A DNA stretch of 64,000 nucleotides from assembly GCA_964597145.1 (NCBI GenBank), contig CAZQWH010000002.1:177232-241231 (forward strand), read 5' to 3'. Positions 19,308 to 29,814 of the stretch are shown in pieces. The position numbers and the translations under genes were made by a program. Position 1 is the first letter of the stretch, and every line of letters starts with the position of its first letter. A model generated the notes under the pieces. That model ran no database searches, had not been told where the DNA came from, and worked only from the letters and a program-made list of their open reading frames with translations. The DNA comes from an uncultured Candidatus Saccharibacteria bacterium (GTDB lineage: Bacteria; Patescibacteriota; CAZHWT01).

Positions 19308-20003
19308 TTACTTTTTGGGCTCTAAAACCACTACTTTCATTTCACCGCTCAGAGCATCACGGCTGGTGATTTTTAAATTAGGTTGAGTGCTCCACTCCTC
19401 TTTGCCCAAAGCTTTCATAAACGGCTCTAACCCGTCCAACTCCTCACTTAATTGCAAATCAGAAGTCTGGTAATGCATTGGAATAACAATACGGGGCTCA
19501 AGTTGATTTACAACTTCAGCAGCCATAGCCCCATCAATCGTAAATTTTCCCCCCACCGGAATCATGAGCACGTCAATACTTGGCATGTCTTCAACTTGAT
19601 CACCAGAGAGTTTATGACCCAAATCCCCTAGATGGCAAACGGTAATAGCCTCCGCCTCAAGCGTATAGGCAGTAACACGTCCCCGCTGCTCACCCTTGGC
19701 TGCGTCATGATACAACTGGGTGCCAGTAATGGCCACCTCTTTAACCTCATACTCACCCGGGCCCTCAGCCGTAAATTGAGCATTCACCCCAGCCTGGTTA
19801 TTGTGGTCAAAATGCTCATGACTAATTAATAAGATATCGGCATCTCGTTTGCGCCACGGCAAACCGATCTTCTCATCGAATGGGTCAATAATAATAGACG
19901 CCGTCTTGGTTTGAATAAAAAATGATGAATGGCCCAACCAGCTGATTTCCATGAAACAATAACTCCTTATTATATCTAAGCCGTATCTACTCGTCTGCAC
20001 CAT
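19308..20003 (-). CDS. MBL-fold metallo-hydrolase
   Basis: HEHFDHNN (HxHxDH) motif. Confidence 0.8.
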   Translation of the reverse strand: MVQTSRYGLDIIRSYCFMEISWLGHSSFFIQTKTASIIIDPFDEKIGLPWRKRDADILLISHEHFDHNNQAGVNAQFTAEGPGEYEVKEVAITGTQLYHDAAKGEQRGRVTAYTLEAEAITVCHLGDLGHKLSGDQVEDMPSIDVLMIPVGGKFTIDGAMAAEVVNQLEPRIVIPMHYQTSDLQLSEELDGLEPFMKALGKEEWSTQPNLKITSRDALSGEMKVVVLEPKK

Positions 20004-20107
20004 TGTAGCACGATGAGTAATGAGCGTAATCAGACAGGCAGAATCCCATCCAGGCTACTTCACCTCACGCCGTTTTAGACATGCATACGTATTAAGGCAA
20101 CGGCTAA

Positions 20108-20809
20108 TTACTTACCATAGCGGCGTTGGCGACGGCCGTATTCAGCAATTGCCTCGCTAAATTCCTTAACCCCAAAGTCTGGCAGGTACAACGGTGAGAA
20201 ATAGTATTCAGCATAGGCACTCTGCCAAGGCAGCATGCCACTCGTCCGCTGCTCTCCCGATGTGCGAATAATAAGATCAGGGTCAGGAATAGACCCGGTA
20301 TCAAGAAAGGTGCTAAACATTTTCTCATCAATATCGCTACTATGAATGCCGCTATCAATCATTTTCTTCATAGCCCGAATTATTTCGTCCCTTCCCCCAT
20401 AGTCTAGTGCGATATTGAAGGTATACGCATTATTTACCTCTGTCGAGGCCTCAATTTTTTTTAAATAATTAATCAGCATTGACGGCAGCCGATCTTTACG
20501 TCCCAAGTGTCGGATGCGAATATTGCGCTGTCTAGCTTCTTTTGCTGCCCGACGTAACATAGTCATAAAAATTTTAAACAAATAATCTAATTCAGACGAC
20601 TCTCTCCCCCAATTCTCGGTCGAAAATCCCCATACCGTCATAGTGGTTATACCCATTTCTTGAGCATGTTTCGATAACTCCTGAATCCGATTCATACCCT
20701 GACGATGGCCTTCAAGGGTTAGCAAACCCCGTTCTTTGGCCCAGCGCCGATTCCCATCTGGAATAATTACAACATGTTGAGGAATATTTGGATTACCATT
20801 TATAGACAT
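20108..20809 (-). CDS. uppS: Undecaprenyl-diphosphate synthase (cis-isoprenyl transferase)
   Basis: HVVIIPDGNRRWA and FSTENWGR motifs. Confidence 0.9.
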   Translation of the reverse strand: MSINGNPNIPQHVVIIPDGNRRWAKERGLLTLEGHRQGMNRIQELSKHAQEMGITTMTVWGFSTENWGRESSELDYLFKIFMTMLRRAAKEARQRNIRIRHLGRKDRLPSMLINYLKKIEASTEVNNAYTFNIALDYGGRDEIIRAMKKMIDSGIHSSDIDEKMFSTFLDTGSIPDPDLIIRTSGEQRTSGMLPWQSAYAEYYFSPLYLPDFGVKEFSEAIAEYGRRQRRYGK

Positions 20810-20896
20810 ATAAAAAAATCTCCACCACGTATTATACGTGGTTCGAGCAAGTTACAAGCGATCCTTTTTGCAATAAACAATAAAATCGCTTACCCC

Positions 20897-20925
20897 TTGA
20901 TTGATCCCCTCTTCGGTGATATAAT
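20897..20925 (+). promoter_or_regulatory. Near-consensus sigma70 promoter (TTGATT, 17 bp, TATAAT) for the rpmE-prfA-prmC operon
   Basis: Hexamers at 20897-20902 and 20920-25; RBS GAGGAAAG ahead of ATG 20962. Confidence 0.5.
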
Positions 20926-20961
20926 CCTGTGCGTACGTAAGTGAGGAAAGATAACCAAATT

Positions 20962-21312
20962 ATGAAGCCATCTATTCACCCTAAATATTTTGAAGCCACC
21001 ATCGTCTGTGCAGGATGTAATACTACATTTAAAGCTGGCTCGACAATTGAAAACGCCCGTGTTGATATTTGCGCCAACTGCCACCCATTTTACACTGGCC
21101 AGAAGAAATTAATTGACACCGAAGGCCGAGTTGAGCGATTCGAGCGCCGTTTGTCGCAACGTAAAGCTCAGTCTAAACCTCAGAAAGCCAAGCCCTCGCT
21201 GCCAAGCTCTACTACCAAAGCAGCTTCTACCAAGCCAGCAACCTCACCTCAAGACGCTAGCCGACCCAAGAGTTTACGCGAAATGCTGCAAGAGGCGGCC
21301 AATAATAGCTAA
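20962..21312 (+). CDS. rpmE: 50S ribosomal protein L31 with a roughly 50-aa Lys/Ser/Pro-rich C-terminal extension
   Basis: MKPSIHPKY...CAGCNTTF...CANCHPFYTG. Start moved to ATG 20962 rather than the upstream GTG given by the ORF track. Confidence 0.85.
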   Translation: MKPSIHPKYFEATIVCAGCNTTFKAGSTIENARVDICANCHPFYTGQKKLIDTEGRVERFERRLSQRKAQSKPQKAKPSLPSSTTKAASTKPATSPQDASRPKSLREMLQEAANNS

Positions 21313-21321
21313 ATAATTTCC

Positions 21322-22401
21322 ATGCCCATTTCTATGTCACCGTCGCAGCTTCTCCAGAGCGAGAAGCTGCTTTCTTTTCAATCACGATTAAATGAGCTAA
21401 ATGAGCTACTAGTTCAACCCGCTATCACTCAGGATCCAGACGCCCTGAAGCGAATCGGTAAAGAGCATACCGAATTACAGCAAATTATTACGACAGCCAA
21501 CGCGCTGCGGCAAGTTTTGGACGAGCTTGAGCAAACCCACCTCTTAGTTCAAGATCCAGACATGGCTAATTTAGCTCACGATGAAGCCGAAAAATTGCAA
21601 CATAGAGTAAATATACTTTTACCTGAATTACATCAATTATTATATCCTACCGATCCTTTATTTAATCGAAGTGCCATTGTAGAAATCCGAGCTGCTGCCG
21701 GAGGTGATGAAGCTGGCCTATTTGCGGCCGAATTATATCGGATGTACTTAAATTACGCCGAATCCCGACAATGGTCGGTTCAACAACTCTCACTCCAAGA
21801 TGGCGGAATTGGCCAAATTAGAGAAGTAGTGTTTGAAGTAGAAGGTTACCAAGCCTACGGAACATTACGCTATGAATCTGGAGTACACCGTGTTCAACGC
21901 GTGCCCGAAACCGAATCTCAAGGTCGAACCCACACCTCAACCGTTACGGTTGCTGTTTTGCCTGTAGCAGAAGAGGTTGATATAGAAATTGAGGATAAAG
22001 ATTTGCGCATTGATATTTTTCATTCCGGCGGTGCAGGCGGCCAGAATGTCAATAAAGTTGCCACCGCCGTCCGCATCACCCATTTGCCAACGAACACCGT
22101 GGTGGTCTGTCAGGATGAACGCTCTCAGCTTAAAAATCGTAATAAGGCCATGGAAGTACTCCGCTCTCGCCTACTAGACACTAAAATCCAAGAGCAACAG
22201 CAAGCAATTTCCTCCGACCGTAGCAGCCAAATCGGTAGCGGGGACCGAAGTGAAAAAATTAGAACTTACAATTTTCCCCAAGACCGAATTACCGACCATC
22301 GCATTAATCAGTCATGGCATAATATCCAGACCATACTAAGTGGTAATTTGGAACCGATTACAGAAGCTTTACGAATTTCCGCTGCACCCACAACCGAGTA
22401 A
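21322..22401 (+). CDS. prfA: Peptide chain release factor 1
   Basis: GGQ motif ([11 protein letters not shown]) and RF1-type PxT tripeptide ([10 protein letters not shown]); followed by prmC. Confidence 0.9.
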   Translation: MPISMSPSQLLQSEKLLSFQSRLNELNELLVQPAITQDPDALKRIGKEHTELQQIITTANALRQVLDELEQTHLLVQDPDMANLAHDEAEKLQHRVNILLPELHQLLYPTDPLFNRSAIVEIRAAAGGDEAGLFAAELYRMYLNYAESRQWSVQQLSLQDGGIGQIREVVFEVEGYQAYGTLRYESGVHRVQRVPETESQGRTHTSTVTVAVLPVAEEVDIEIEDKDLRIDIFHSGGAGGQNVNKVATAVRITHLPTNTVVVCQDERSQLKNRNKAMEVLRSRLLDTKIQEQQQAISSDRSSQIGSGDRSEKIRTYNFPQDRITDHRINQSWHNIQTILSGNLEPITEALRISAAPTTE

Positions 22402-22410
22402 GGCATTATC

Positions 22411-23184
22411 ATGACCATCCGAGAAGCTTTAACGGCTGCTGAGCAGCGATTGGCACACATTACTGACGCTAACCTGATTATTTATTCGTTATTATCTTAC
22501 ACTATAACCTTGTCAAAGGAAGATATTTGGGCTCATCCGGATATTTTAATTACTCAAGAGCAGTACATCCAATTTACAACATATATTGACCGGGCAGCTA
22601 AGCATGAGCCGCTTGCCTATATTACCGGAGAAAAAGAATTCTACAACCTTCCCTTTTACGTTACTCAAGATGTTCTTATTCCCCGTCCTGACAGCGAAAA
22701 TATTATAGAGGTTTCTGCCGAGTATATACATCAATCAGCCAAATTTATAACTCAACCGCCCACCATAGTGGATGTTGGCACCGGCTCGGGCTGCTTGGCC
22801 ATTATCTTAGCCACCATATTCCCGCATGCCACAATCTACGCCATAGATATATCGAGCAAGGCCCTGGAAGTGGCTAAACATAACGCTGTTCGGCATCATG
22901 TCTCTAATGTCATCTTTCTTCAAGGTTCTCTCCTAGAGCCCCTGCAGGCTGTTCAACCTCAAACCAGCCTTGATCTCATAATGGCTAATTTGCCCTACAT
23001 CTCCAATGTTGAGTTTGAACTTCTACCGCCTCACATCAAACAGTTTGAGCCTGAATTGGCACTACGCAGTGGGGCTGATCCAGATGTGCTTAATCGACAA
23101 TTAATTCGCCAATCTAAAGATTGGCTCATTGCAGGCGGCAAAGTGATCTATGAAACGACCAATGGCCAAATTGTTGAACTGTAG
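22411..23184 (+). CDS. prmC: Release-factor glutamine N5-methyltransferase (PrmC/HemK)
   Basis: SAM motif VDVGTGSGCLAI and NLPY (NPPY-type) motif. Confidence 0.85.
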   Translation: MTIREALTAAEQRLAHITDANLIIYSLLSYTITLSKEDIWAHPDILITQEQYIQFTTYIDRAAKHEPLAYITGEKEFYNLPFYVTQDVLIPRPDSENIIEVSAEYIHQSAKFITQPPTIVDVGTGSGCLAIILATIFPHATIYAIDISSKALEVAKHNAVRHHVSNVIFLQGSLLEPLQAVQPQTSLDLIMANLPYISNVEFELLPPHIKQFEPELALRSGADPDVLNRQLIRQSKDWLIAGGKVIYETTNGQIVEL

Positions 23185-23431
23185 GCTCTATAAATACCTA
23201 ATTGAAGCTGGTTGAGTTTTGTATACACATCTACCATTCGCTGCCTTCCACTCCAAGCCATATACCCTTAACTGCAGTACCTTACTCTAGCGGGCGACAC
23301 ACCACTCAGATAGCCTTAATTTAAACTGTGGAAGTGGAATACAATTGACTTATCATTAATAAAATGTTACTATAGGCTTATATGGTGACTTATGCATCAC
23401 CATTTTCGCACGTTAACTGAAAGGGACTGCA

Positions 23432-23971
23432 ATGCCCCAGGGAGAACGACGATCTGAGGCTCTGGCCATGATTTTAGCCATGGCTTGCTTTATCCTATTT
23501 ATCATGTATGTCACTTCGAGCGACACTGATAGCCAAGTCGATTCGGCATCTTCTGGCGAAGCATCAGTGAAATCCGTCTGGCTCGATGGTACCTTGGCCC
23601 CAGAGCTACAAGAATGTGACTCTTTTGGGTTTCATTTCTGGCCCGAATCTCACCAGTGGGAACTTGGAAGGGTCGTTGAACCCCACGGAAATAGTCCCTT
23701 CTCAGATACCTTTAGATGGATCTCTGATCCGGCACCGGATCCAGGCATCTATTCCATTGCCATCGAGTGCATTGGACGAGGGTTAATTTGGGAAGTCGAC
23801 CTGTTGGCTGGACAATCGGCGGAAGTATATCTATCTTTTGCGGATGAAGGCTACCAGCCGATCTTTCCGGTAGCCCGCTACACTGCCGGCGAGTTGCCGG
23901 TTAGTGCCAATGGAACGCCTGCACCCCTTCCCTGTCTTGGGTGTGATGTAGCTACCCCAGTTCTACATTGA
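23432..23971 (+). CDS. Hypothetical exported or membrane-anchored protein (N-terminal hydrophobic helix, several Cys and Trp)
   Basis: ORF followed by a strong terminator; promoter-like TTGACT-17-TACTAT at 23345-23373. Confidence 0.5.
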   Translation: MPQGERRSEALAMILAMACFILFIMYVTSSDTDSQVDSASSGEASVKSVWLDGTLAPELQECDSFGFHFWPESHQWELGRVVEPHGNSPFSDTFRWISDPAPDPGIYSIAIECIGRGLIWEVDLLAGQSAEVYLSFADEGYQPIFPVARYTAGELPVSANGTPAPLPCLGCDVATPVLH

Positions 23972-24006
23972 GTCGGGTGACACTTCTGCCCTAATACGTG
24001 CGAAAC

Positions 24007-24047
24007 GCCCCGGTCTGTAACTAATAGACCGGGGCATTTTTGTTTTA
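24007..24047 (+). terminator. Rho-independent terminator (gccccggtct / agaccggggc, then ATTTTTGTTTT)
   Basis: 10-bp GC-rich stem plus T-run, read directly. Confidence 0.75.
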
Positions 24048-24055
24048 GTGATTTC

Positions 24056-25297
24056 TTATTGGGCTGGGGCTTCGATCAGTTTGGCTGTAGTTGTTTTAGT
24101 TTCTCCATCTCGCCAGTACTCAATTTTGATGGTATCCCCGATCTTTTTACTGCGAATAACCTCAGCTAAATCCTGGTCGCCTTTCATTTCGGTGCTATCC
24201 ACTTTAATAATAATATCTTGAGACTCCAATCCCGCCTGGCTAGCTGGGCTATCGGTTGCCACCTGGCTAATATACATACCCTGGGGTACATCGTTTAAGA
24301 TGGCAGTCTGACGGCTAATCGGCTGGTAGGCTACACCTAGGTAAGGAGGCCCAATAATCCGGCCAGTCCGGTTAAACTCATCGATAATCGGCTTGGCCAC
24401 ATTAACGGGGATGGCAAAGCCAATGTTTTGGGCATTTTGCGAGACCGCGGTGTTAATCCCAATTACCTGACCAGCCGAATTAAGCAATGGACCACCCGAG
24501 TTACCTTGATTAATCGCCGCATCGGTTTGAATCACATTATCCAACTGTTCGGTTGAACCACCCAAAGCATCTCCAGCCACGATCCCTCGGCCCAAACCAG
24601 AAACCACTCCCGTGGTGACGGTGTTATTAAATTCGCCCAAAGCATTGCCAATCGCAATCACAAATTGACCAACTTGCAGCGTAGAAGAATCGCCCAATTC
24701 AAGCGGTTTTAAGCCATTAGCATTAATTTTAATAATAGCTAAGTCGTTAGTTGGATCACGATAAACTTTCTCAACTTTATATTCTTTATCATCATTGGTA
24801 ATAACGCTATATTCTAAATTATCTTCCGATACGACATGCTTATTGGTTAATATCAAACCATTTTCACTAATAATAAACCCCGTACCAATACCTTGGGATT
24901 CATCAGGATTTTGGTTAAAAATACTAAGGTCTTGTCGCTTAGCTCCAATTGATACCACCGAGGAAGAGGTTTGGTTAACCACGTCTATGACTAAGGACTC
25001 TTCTTTAACAATCTTCTGATCCGATTGGGTTATAGTTCCAGGATGCGTAATATTCTGTAAAAATTGACCAATACCGGCCGTAGATATACCCGGGGTAATT
25101 GCTCCCGAAGTGGCAATGAGTGCGCCAACAATAATTAAAGCGACAACACCAATAATCGTACGTTTGCGATCATTAATCGGCTGCGGAGAAACATAGTTGT
25201 TTGATGTGCTATCAGTAGACGCTGTTTGGCTACCTATCCGAGAGGCTTTATCCGCCTCAAGATTAGTGGGTTCTTCAGAAGATGCTCTGGCTGACAT
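24056..25297 (-). CDS. HtrA/DegP-family trypsin-like serine protease with PDZ domain; membrane-anchored
   Basis: H (TNKHVV), D, GNSGGPLLN catalytic motifs; C-terminal PDZ. Confidence 0.9.
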   Translation of the reverse strand: MSARASSEEPTNLEADKASRIGSQTASTDSTSNNYVSPQPINDRKRTIIGVVALIIVGALIATSGAITPGISTAGIGQFLQNITHPGTITQSDQKIVKEESLVIDVVNQTSSSVVSIGAKRQDLSIFNQNPDESQGIGTGFIISENGLILTNKHVVSEDNLEYSVITNDDKEYKVEKVYRDPTNDLAIIKINANGLKPLELGDSSTLQVGQFVIAIGNALGEFNNTVTTGVVSGLGRGIVAGDALGGSTEQLDNVIQTDAAINQGNSGGPLLNSAGQVIGINTAVSQNAQNIGFAIPVNVAKPIIDEFNRTGRIIGPPYLGVAYQPISRQTAILNDVPQGMYISQVATDSPASQAGLESQDIIIKVDSTEMKGDQDLAEVIRSKKIGDTIKIEYWRDGETKTTTAKLIEAPAQ

Positions 25298-25667
25298 AGT
25301 ACCTCTTTCTCTATAAAGTTTACTCCTAGACCTTATTATGATAATAGTACAGGGCTAAGAATAACCTAAGAGTAAAACAAGCACAAGTTTTTGCGATACT
25401 AGTTAATTGTAATGAGAAATTAGTTATTAAATAGTGGCTAGTCAGCAGGAAACAGAATTTAGACTTAAATACAGCGAATAATAGGTAAGTTTAATAGCGA
25501 AACAATCATGAATAAATAAAATTCAATATTCAATATTTTATATTATTTTAGTATTCGTTATTCATTTATGCACTATTTGCCGCACTAAATTCCATCTGAC
25601 CGTCAGTCAGTCTTTCACTCCCACCTCCAAACTTCCTAAGAACCAGTCACTAGTCTCGTCGAGTCAC

Positions 25668-26978
25668 TTACTCAACTTTCCCTCCAGCCGACTTCAGAGC
25701 AGCCTCTAGTTGAGGATCTTGCCCAGCCGCTCGGTCCTCATCTGTAATTTCAACTTTTTGATCAGGATCAATTCCCTCTTTATCAATATTTTTGCCATTA
25801 GGTAGAAGCCATTTAGCAATAGTAACGTGGAGGCTGGTGTTATTTGGCAATTCAACCACTTGCTGAACACTACCCTTACCAAACGAAGTCACACCAATAA
25901 TTTCTCCCCGGTCGCGAGCTTGCAATGCGCCAGAAACAATTTCTGAGGCTGAGGCCGACCCTTGGTTAACAAGTACCACTACAGGGATATCTTGCAACTT
26001 ACCTGCATGGTCAACCTTAAAATTCTGCACGTCACCCGAGGCATCTTGCTGCCCTACAATAATCCCATCTTTAAAGAATTCTGATCCAATATGAATAGCC
26101 GCTTGCAAGTAACCACCCGGATTATTGCGCAAGTCGAGAATCATCGCCTTTGCCCTATGCTGCACAATTTGGTTAACTGCTTGGTCCCATTCTTGGTCGG
26201 TCGTATCACCAAAGCGACTCAACTTAAGATAAGCCAAGTCTTCATCTTGACCCTCAGTGACCGGGTTATCCTTAAAAGCTAAATCAACGCTGGTAATAGT
26301 AATTTGTTGCCGAGTAATAGCAATTACTTCAGAGTCCTCCGCCCCCGAATGGTAGACGGTTAGTTTAACTTCGGTACCAGCTTCACCACGAATTAAATTC
26401 ACCGCCTCGGTCAAGGTCATATCCAGCGTATCCTGATCATCAATTTTGGCAATAACATCACCCGCCTGGATACCTGCCGCCTCAGCTGGAGTCCCCTTAA
26501 TTGGAGCAATCACTGACAATTGCTTATCTTTATTGTAGCCAAGTTCAGCCCCAATACCTTCATACTTTCCCGACAGTTGCGATTGAGCATCTTGATTTTG
26601 CTCAGGGTCAAAAAAAGAAGTGTAGGGATCACCCGCCGAGTTAACCATCCCCGCGATAGCCCCATACAACATATCTCGCTGATCCAACTCACTGGCCCGC
26701 AGATATTTCGTACGCATTAACTCCTGGACTTGGCCAAACAACGGGCTATCCAAAGGGCTTTCGCCATTACTTGTACTAAGTACGGTCGGCCAAGGAATAG
26801 GCCCGCTACTCCAAACAATTTGATACTTATTCCCTAAATAAAATCCACCCACAAGCACCAGTAAACACAAAACACCCACAACTATCGGTCTAATCCCTCG
26901 GGATTCTGAGGCAGTTAAGAGGGTTGGGCTAGTCGGTGTAGGCTGGTCTTCTGGTAGTAGGTTGGCAGGTCGATTCAT
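25668..26978 (-). CDS. S41-family C-terminal processing (tail-specific) peptidase
   Basis: PDZ domain plus LDLRNNPGGYL and GSASASEI catalytic Ser/Lys region. Confidence 0.85.
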   Translation of the reverse strand: MNRPANLLPEDQPTPTSPTLLTASESRGIRPIVVGVLCLLVLVGGFYLGNKYQIVWSSGPIPWPTVLSTSNGESPLDSPLFGQVQELMRTKYLRASELDQRDMLYGAIAGMVNSAGDPYTSFFDPEQNQDAQSQLSGKYEGIGAELGYNKDKQLSVIAPIKGTPAEAAGIQAGDVIAKIDDQDTLDMTLTEAVNLIRGEAGTEVKLTVYHSGAEDSEVIAITRQQITITSVDLAFKDNPVTEGQDEDLAYLKLSRFGDTTDQEWDQAVNQIVQHRAKAMILDLRNNPGGYLQAAIHIGSEFFKDGIIVGQQDASGDVQNFKVDHAGKLQDIPVVVLVNQGSASASEIVSGALQARDRGEIIGVTSFGKGSVQQVVELPNNTSLHVTIAKWLLPNGKNIDKEGIDPDQKVEITDEDRAAGQDPQLEAALKSAGGKVE

Positions 26979-26989
26979 GGATAGTCAGG

Positions 26990-28093
26990 CTATGTTGTAA
27001 CAATTTCGATATTAGTGATAGGAATTTTTATTGTATCACCCGACTGTCGTTGCAACAAGCAATGGGTTAAAACCAGTCGACTATCCTTAACTGGTTCGGG
27101 ATCAAGAATTTCTTTGACCGAAGCTATCTCCCCAACCTTGGGCGAAGAAAGTAAGCGTACAGTGTCGCCAACCTTAAGTCGCATAAACTCCTGGTTCATT
27201 TCCGCTTCCGTCTCCTCGCGAACAGCTACCGAGGGAGACAGGGGTGCAATAAGCATCTTCTCTTTAGGCACCAAAAAAATATGTTGCTCTTGGTGCTCAC
27301 TTAAAAACTCATAGGTAGATTGCTCCATGGCCATTTGCCCTAACCCCGAGGTTATAAGCATGGTGAGGCCAACATCCTCCTGGCTATTTAACTCGCCACT
27401 AATAGCCAATAAATCATGGGCCGCAATCCCTCCACAGACAATCCCCCGCACCCCAACTGCCAAAGCTCGATTAATCACATCTTTGGTTACCAGCGAACCA
27501 CCAGCAATCACGTAGCCAGCCAGCCGGGAGTCGATTAGTTGAGCCGAGATTGGTTGGTCAGGTTCGGCAATAATCCTCAGCGTACCTTCTCGCATTTTGC
27601 CAGCAGTAAATGAACCAAAGAGCAGGCTAGCACGGGTTTCAATAAAGGCACTAGCATTGGGTTGAATTTGAACTACTTTGCCGCTGGCTCCTGCTGGCAA
27701 GCGAAAAGTTACTGGGGCAAACTGCATGGTAAGTTGGCCTGTATCTTCGTTGTAATGCTGCAATATTCCATCAATCGGAGCAATAAACTGAACATGTCGC
27801 AAACCAAAGCTTTTTGGGGCTTCGGCTATAATATCGCCTTGGTAAACCCGTGACCCTATGGTGCGACGTAAGTATTTCTTCGCCTTAGCTGGCGAAACAC
27901 CAAGCAGCTCATTCAAACGGAAAATACGAAACCCGGCTGAGACCTTACTTTCACCTATAACGGTCTCCGGCTTTACCTCATCACCCAACTTAGTATAAAT
28001 GGTGCCAGATGCAGGTAACTTACGCTCCAGAACATAGGTGGTTCTCTGAACAATCCGCTGCACGCCACGAACAATAATTGGCTGGTTGCTCAC
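26990..28093 (-). CDS. Conserved hypothetical protein (367 aa), soluble; translationally coupled to the upstream ASKHA-like gene
   Basis: Start of 26990 overlaps stop of 28090..29313 by 4 bp. No motif recognised. Confidence 0.5.
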   Translation of the reverse strand: MSNQPIIVRGVQRIVQRTTYVLERKLPASGTIYTKLGDEVKPETVIGESKVSAGFRIFRLNELLGVSPAKAKKYLRRTIGSRVYQGDIIAEAPKSFGLRHVQFIAPIDGILQHYNEDTGQLTMQFAPVTFRLPAGASGKVVQIQPNASAFIETRASLLFGSFTAGKMREGTLRIIAEPDQPISAQLIDSRLAGYVIAGGSLVTKDVINRALAVGVRGIVCGGIAAHDLLAISGELNSQEDVGLTMLITSGLGQMAMEQSTYEFLSEHQEQHIFLVPKEKMLIAPLSPSVAVREETEAEMNQEFMRLKVGDTVRLLSSPKVGEIASVKEILDPEPVKDSRLVLTHCLLQRQSGDTIKIPITNIEIVTT

Positions 28094-29313
28094 AATGCTT
28101 CTCCAATAGTTCCAACTTGCTGGTGAATATTCAACTGTTTCTCCCAGGTGAGCAGTTGAATCCGGCGTTCTTTTTCGTGTTTGGCTAATTGAAGTGGTCG
28201 GGAGCGTCCATCAAAAATTAAGCCAACTTCCCCGCCAATAATTGCTTGAGGCTGGCGCGTGTCATGGCCCAAATTCGACGTACTCCCTAGTTTAATGGCC
28301 ACCTCTCCACTATCTTCGACCGGCATGGGAATACTAGCCACCTCCCCCGCTCGAATTTCTAGTGATTGCTCGGTCGATAGACCCGTATCGAGCAAGATTT
28401 TTGCCAGCTTCTGCTTCGGATCATTGCTTGTCGCCGCAAAGGAAATTGTCGTACCCAGCGAAGTTAAATTTCGATGTAAAATTGTCCGACCAATCCGGTA
28501 ATCATTAGCAGACCACTGTTCAAATGCTCCTCCGCAAGCAAACAGAATGCCGCCCGTATCAACCAGCACTTGCTGGGTCCCAGCTGGTTGTAACCCATCC
28601 AAAAAAACCGCGGCCGCTTGCTGCAATGCATCGGTTTGTGCCAGCACCGCTCCAGACAAAACCACTTGAGGTATATCCACCCAGGGGAAAGTTAAGTCTT
28701 GGGCAATTCGGTGCAAAATCAGCTTAGCCAAAGTTTGCTCTATAGCCAGCTCAGTCGCAGACAACGGTATAACATGTGAATACAAGCTTTTATTTGCAAC
28801 ATAATTCTCAATCTCTCCATCACTTGCTTCAAACGGTAGCCAGTTTTTAAAATCGGCCACGGTTGTTCTTTGCCTCAGAAAGTTCCAGCTTTCCAACCCA
28901 ACCCCATATTCAAAGCTTTCAATGGTGGTCTTACCATATTTGCCTAAGGCAACAATGGTCCGTCGCGAGCCAATATCAACCGCCACTACGGTACTTGTTG
29001 AGGACAGTCGCTTAACCACTGCCGTTAAGGCTTCTTCATGGCTTAATCGCGCAATGGAAGCAGCCGACTTAAATATGGCTACATCGGGTGGATGCCCAAC
29101 TAAAACTAAATCAAAGGTAGCCAACTTAACTTGACTATGCGCGACATCAATCAATTGGTTAATAATACTATCTAGAGTAATCTCGAGATCCATACAGGGC
29201 GCTATCACCGTCGCCTCTAGCGACTGGTGATTAAGCGACTCTGCTCGGAATAAAGCTCCTTTGGTAAACGTGGAGCCAACATCAAGCGCAATAAGGTACT
29301 GGGCAGTATTCAT
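28090..29313 (-). CDS. ASKHA-superfamily (actin/Hsp70/sugar-kinase fold) ATPase-like protein, GlmL/MutL-like or other actin-like family
   Basis: N-terminal phosphate-1-like motif IALDVGSTFTKGALF and a later Gly-rich VDTGGILFACGG. The family is uncertain. Confidence 0.4.
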   Translation of the reverse strand: MNTAQYLIALDVGSTFTKGALFRAESLNHQSLEATVIAPCMDLEITLDSIINQLIDVAHSQVKLATFDLVLVGHPPDVAIFKSAASIARLSHEEALTAVVKRLSSTSTVVAVDIGSRRTIVALGKYGKTTIESFEYGVGLESWNFLRQRTTVADFKNWLPFEASDGEIENYVANKSLYSHVIPLSATELAIEQTLAKLILHRIAQDLTFPWVDIPQVVLSGAVLAQTDALQQAAAVFLDGLQPAGTQQVLVDTGGILFACGGAFEQWSANDYRIGRTILHRNLTSLGTTISFAATSNDPKQKLAKILLDTGLSTEQSLEIRAGEVASIPMPVEDSGEVAIKLGSTSNLGHDTRQPQAIIGGEVGLIFDGRSRPLQLAKHEKERRIQLLTWEKQLNIHQQVGTIGEAL

Positions 29314-29444
29314 GCTTAGTTAATGGTAACATAACCGTTGGCTAGATTGCAGGATAGCAAGATTATAAGAGCAAATCACGCATATAGATTTATTACATGA
29401 TGTACAATCGACAATTTCCATCTACAAGAGCATCTATCCATACC

Positions 29445-29480
29445 ATCAAAAAACACCTCAACTTCATGTTGAGGTGTTTT
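29445..29480 (-). terminator. Rho-independent terminator for the rpsF-ssb-rpsR operon (aacacctcaac / gttgaggtgtt, T6 on the minus strand)
   Basis: 11-bp stem with flanking A6/T4; likely bidirectional. Confidence 0.7.
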
Positions 29481-29534
29481 GCGATTAAACTTATTACTTG
29501 CAATCTAGCAATCTTACCATTTCGCTATTCTGTT

Positions 29535-29789
29535 TTAAGCAAATAAAGCCATGGTGCGGGCCTGTTTAATAGCTGTCGAGATGGCACGTTGGTGACGGGC
29601 ACAAGTCCGCGTCTTAGACTGGGGCACAATCCGTCCTCGCTCAGAAATATAGCGGCGCAACTTAGCGGTATCTTTGTAATCCGGCTCAAATTCCTGGTTC
29701 ATACAGAAGAAGCAGTTCTTTTTACGGGTTAAGGCTGCCTTTGTCCGATTGCGGGTTGGCATTGATTTTCGTGGTGTTACAGGTGGCAT
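29535..29789 (-). CDS. rpsR: 30S ribosomal protein S18
   Basis: RKKNCFFC...DYKDTAKLRRYISERGRIVP...TRTCARHQR. Confidence 0.9.
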   Translation of the reverse strand: MPPVTPRKSMPTRNRTKAALTRKKNCFFCMNQEFEPDYKDTAKLRRYISERGRIVPQSKTRTCARHQRAISTAIKQARTMALFA

Positions 29790-29814
29790 ATATTTTTCAC
29801 ACTTTCCTTACTAC

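Noticed and set aside
28090-29313. ASKHA-like protein considered as FtsA
   Set aside because: Not in a dcw cluster, no adjacent ftsZ, and the partner gene lacks the tubulin signature. Kept as generic ASKHA-like.
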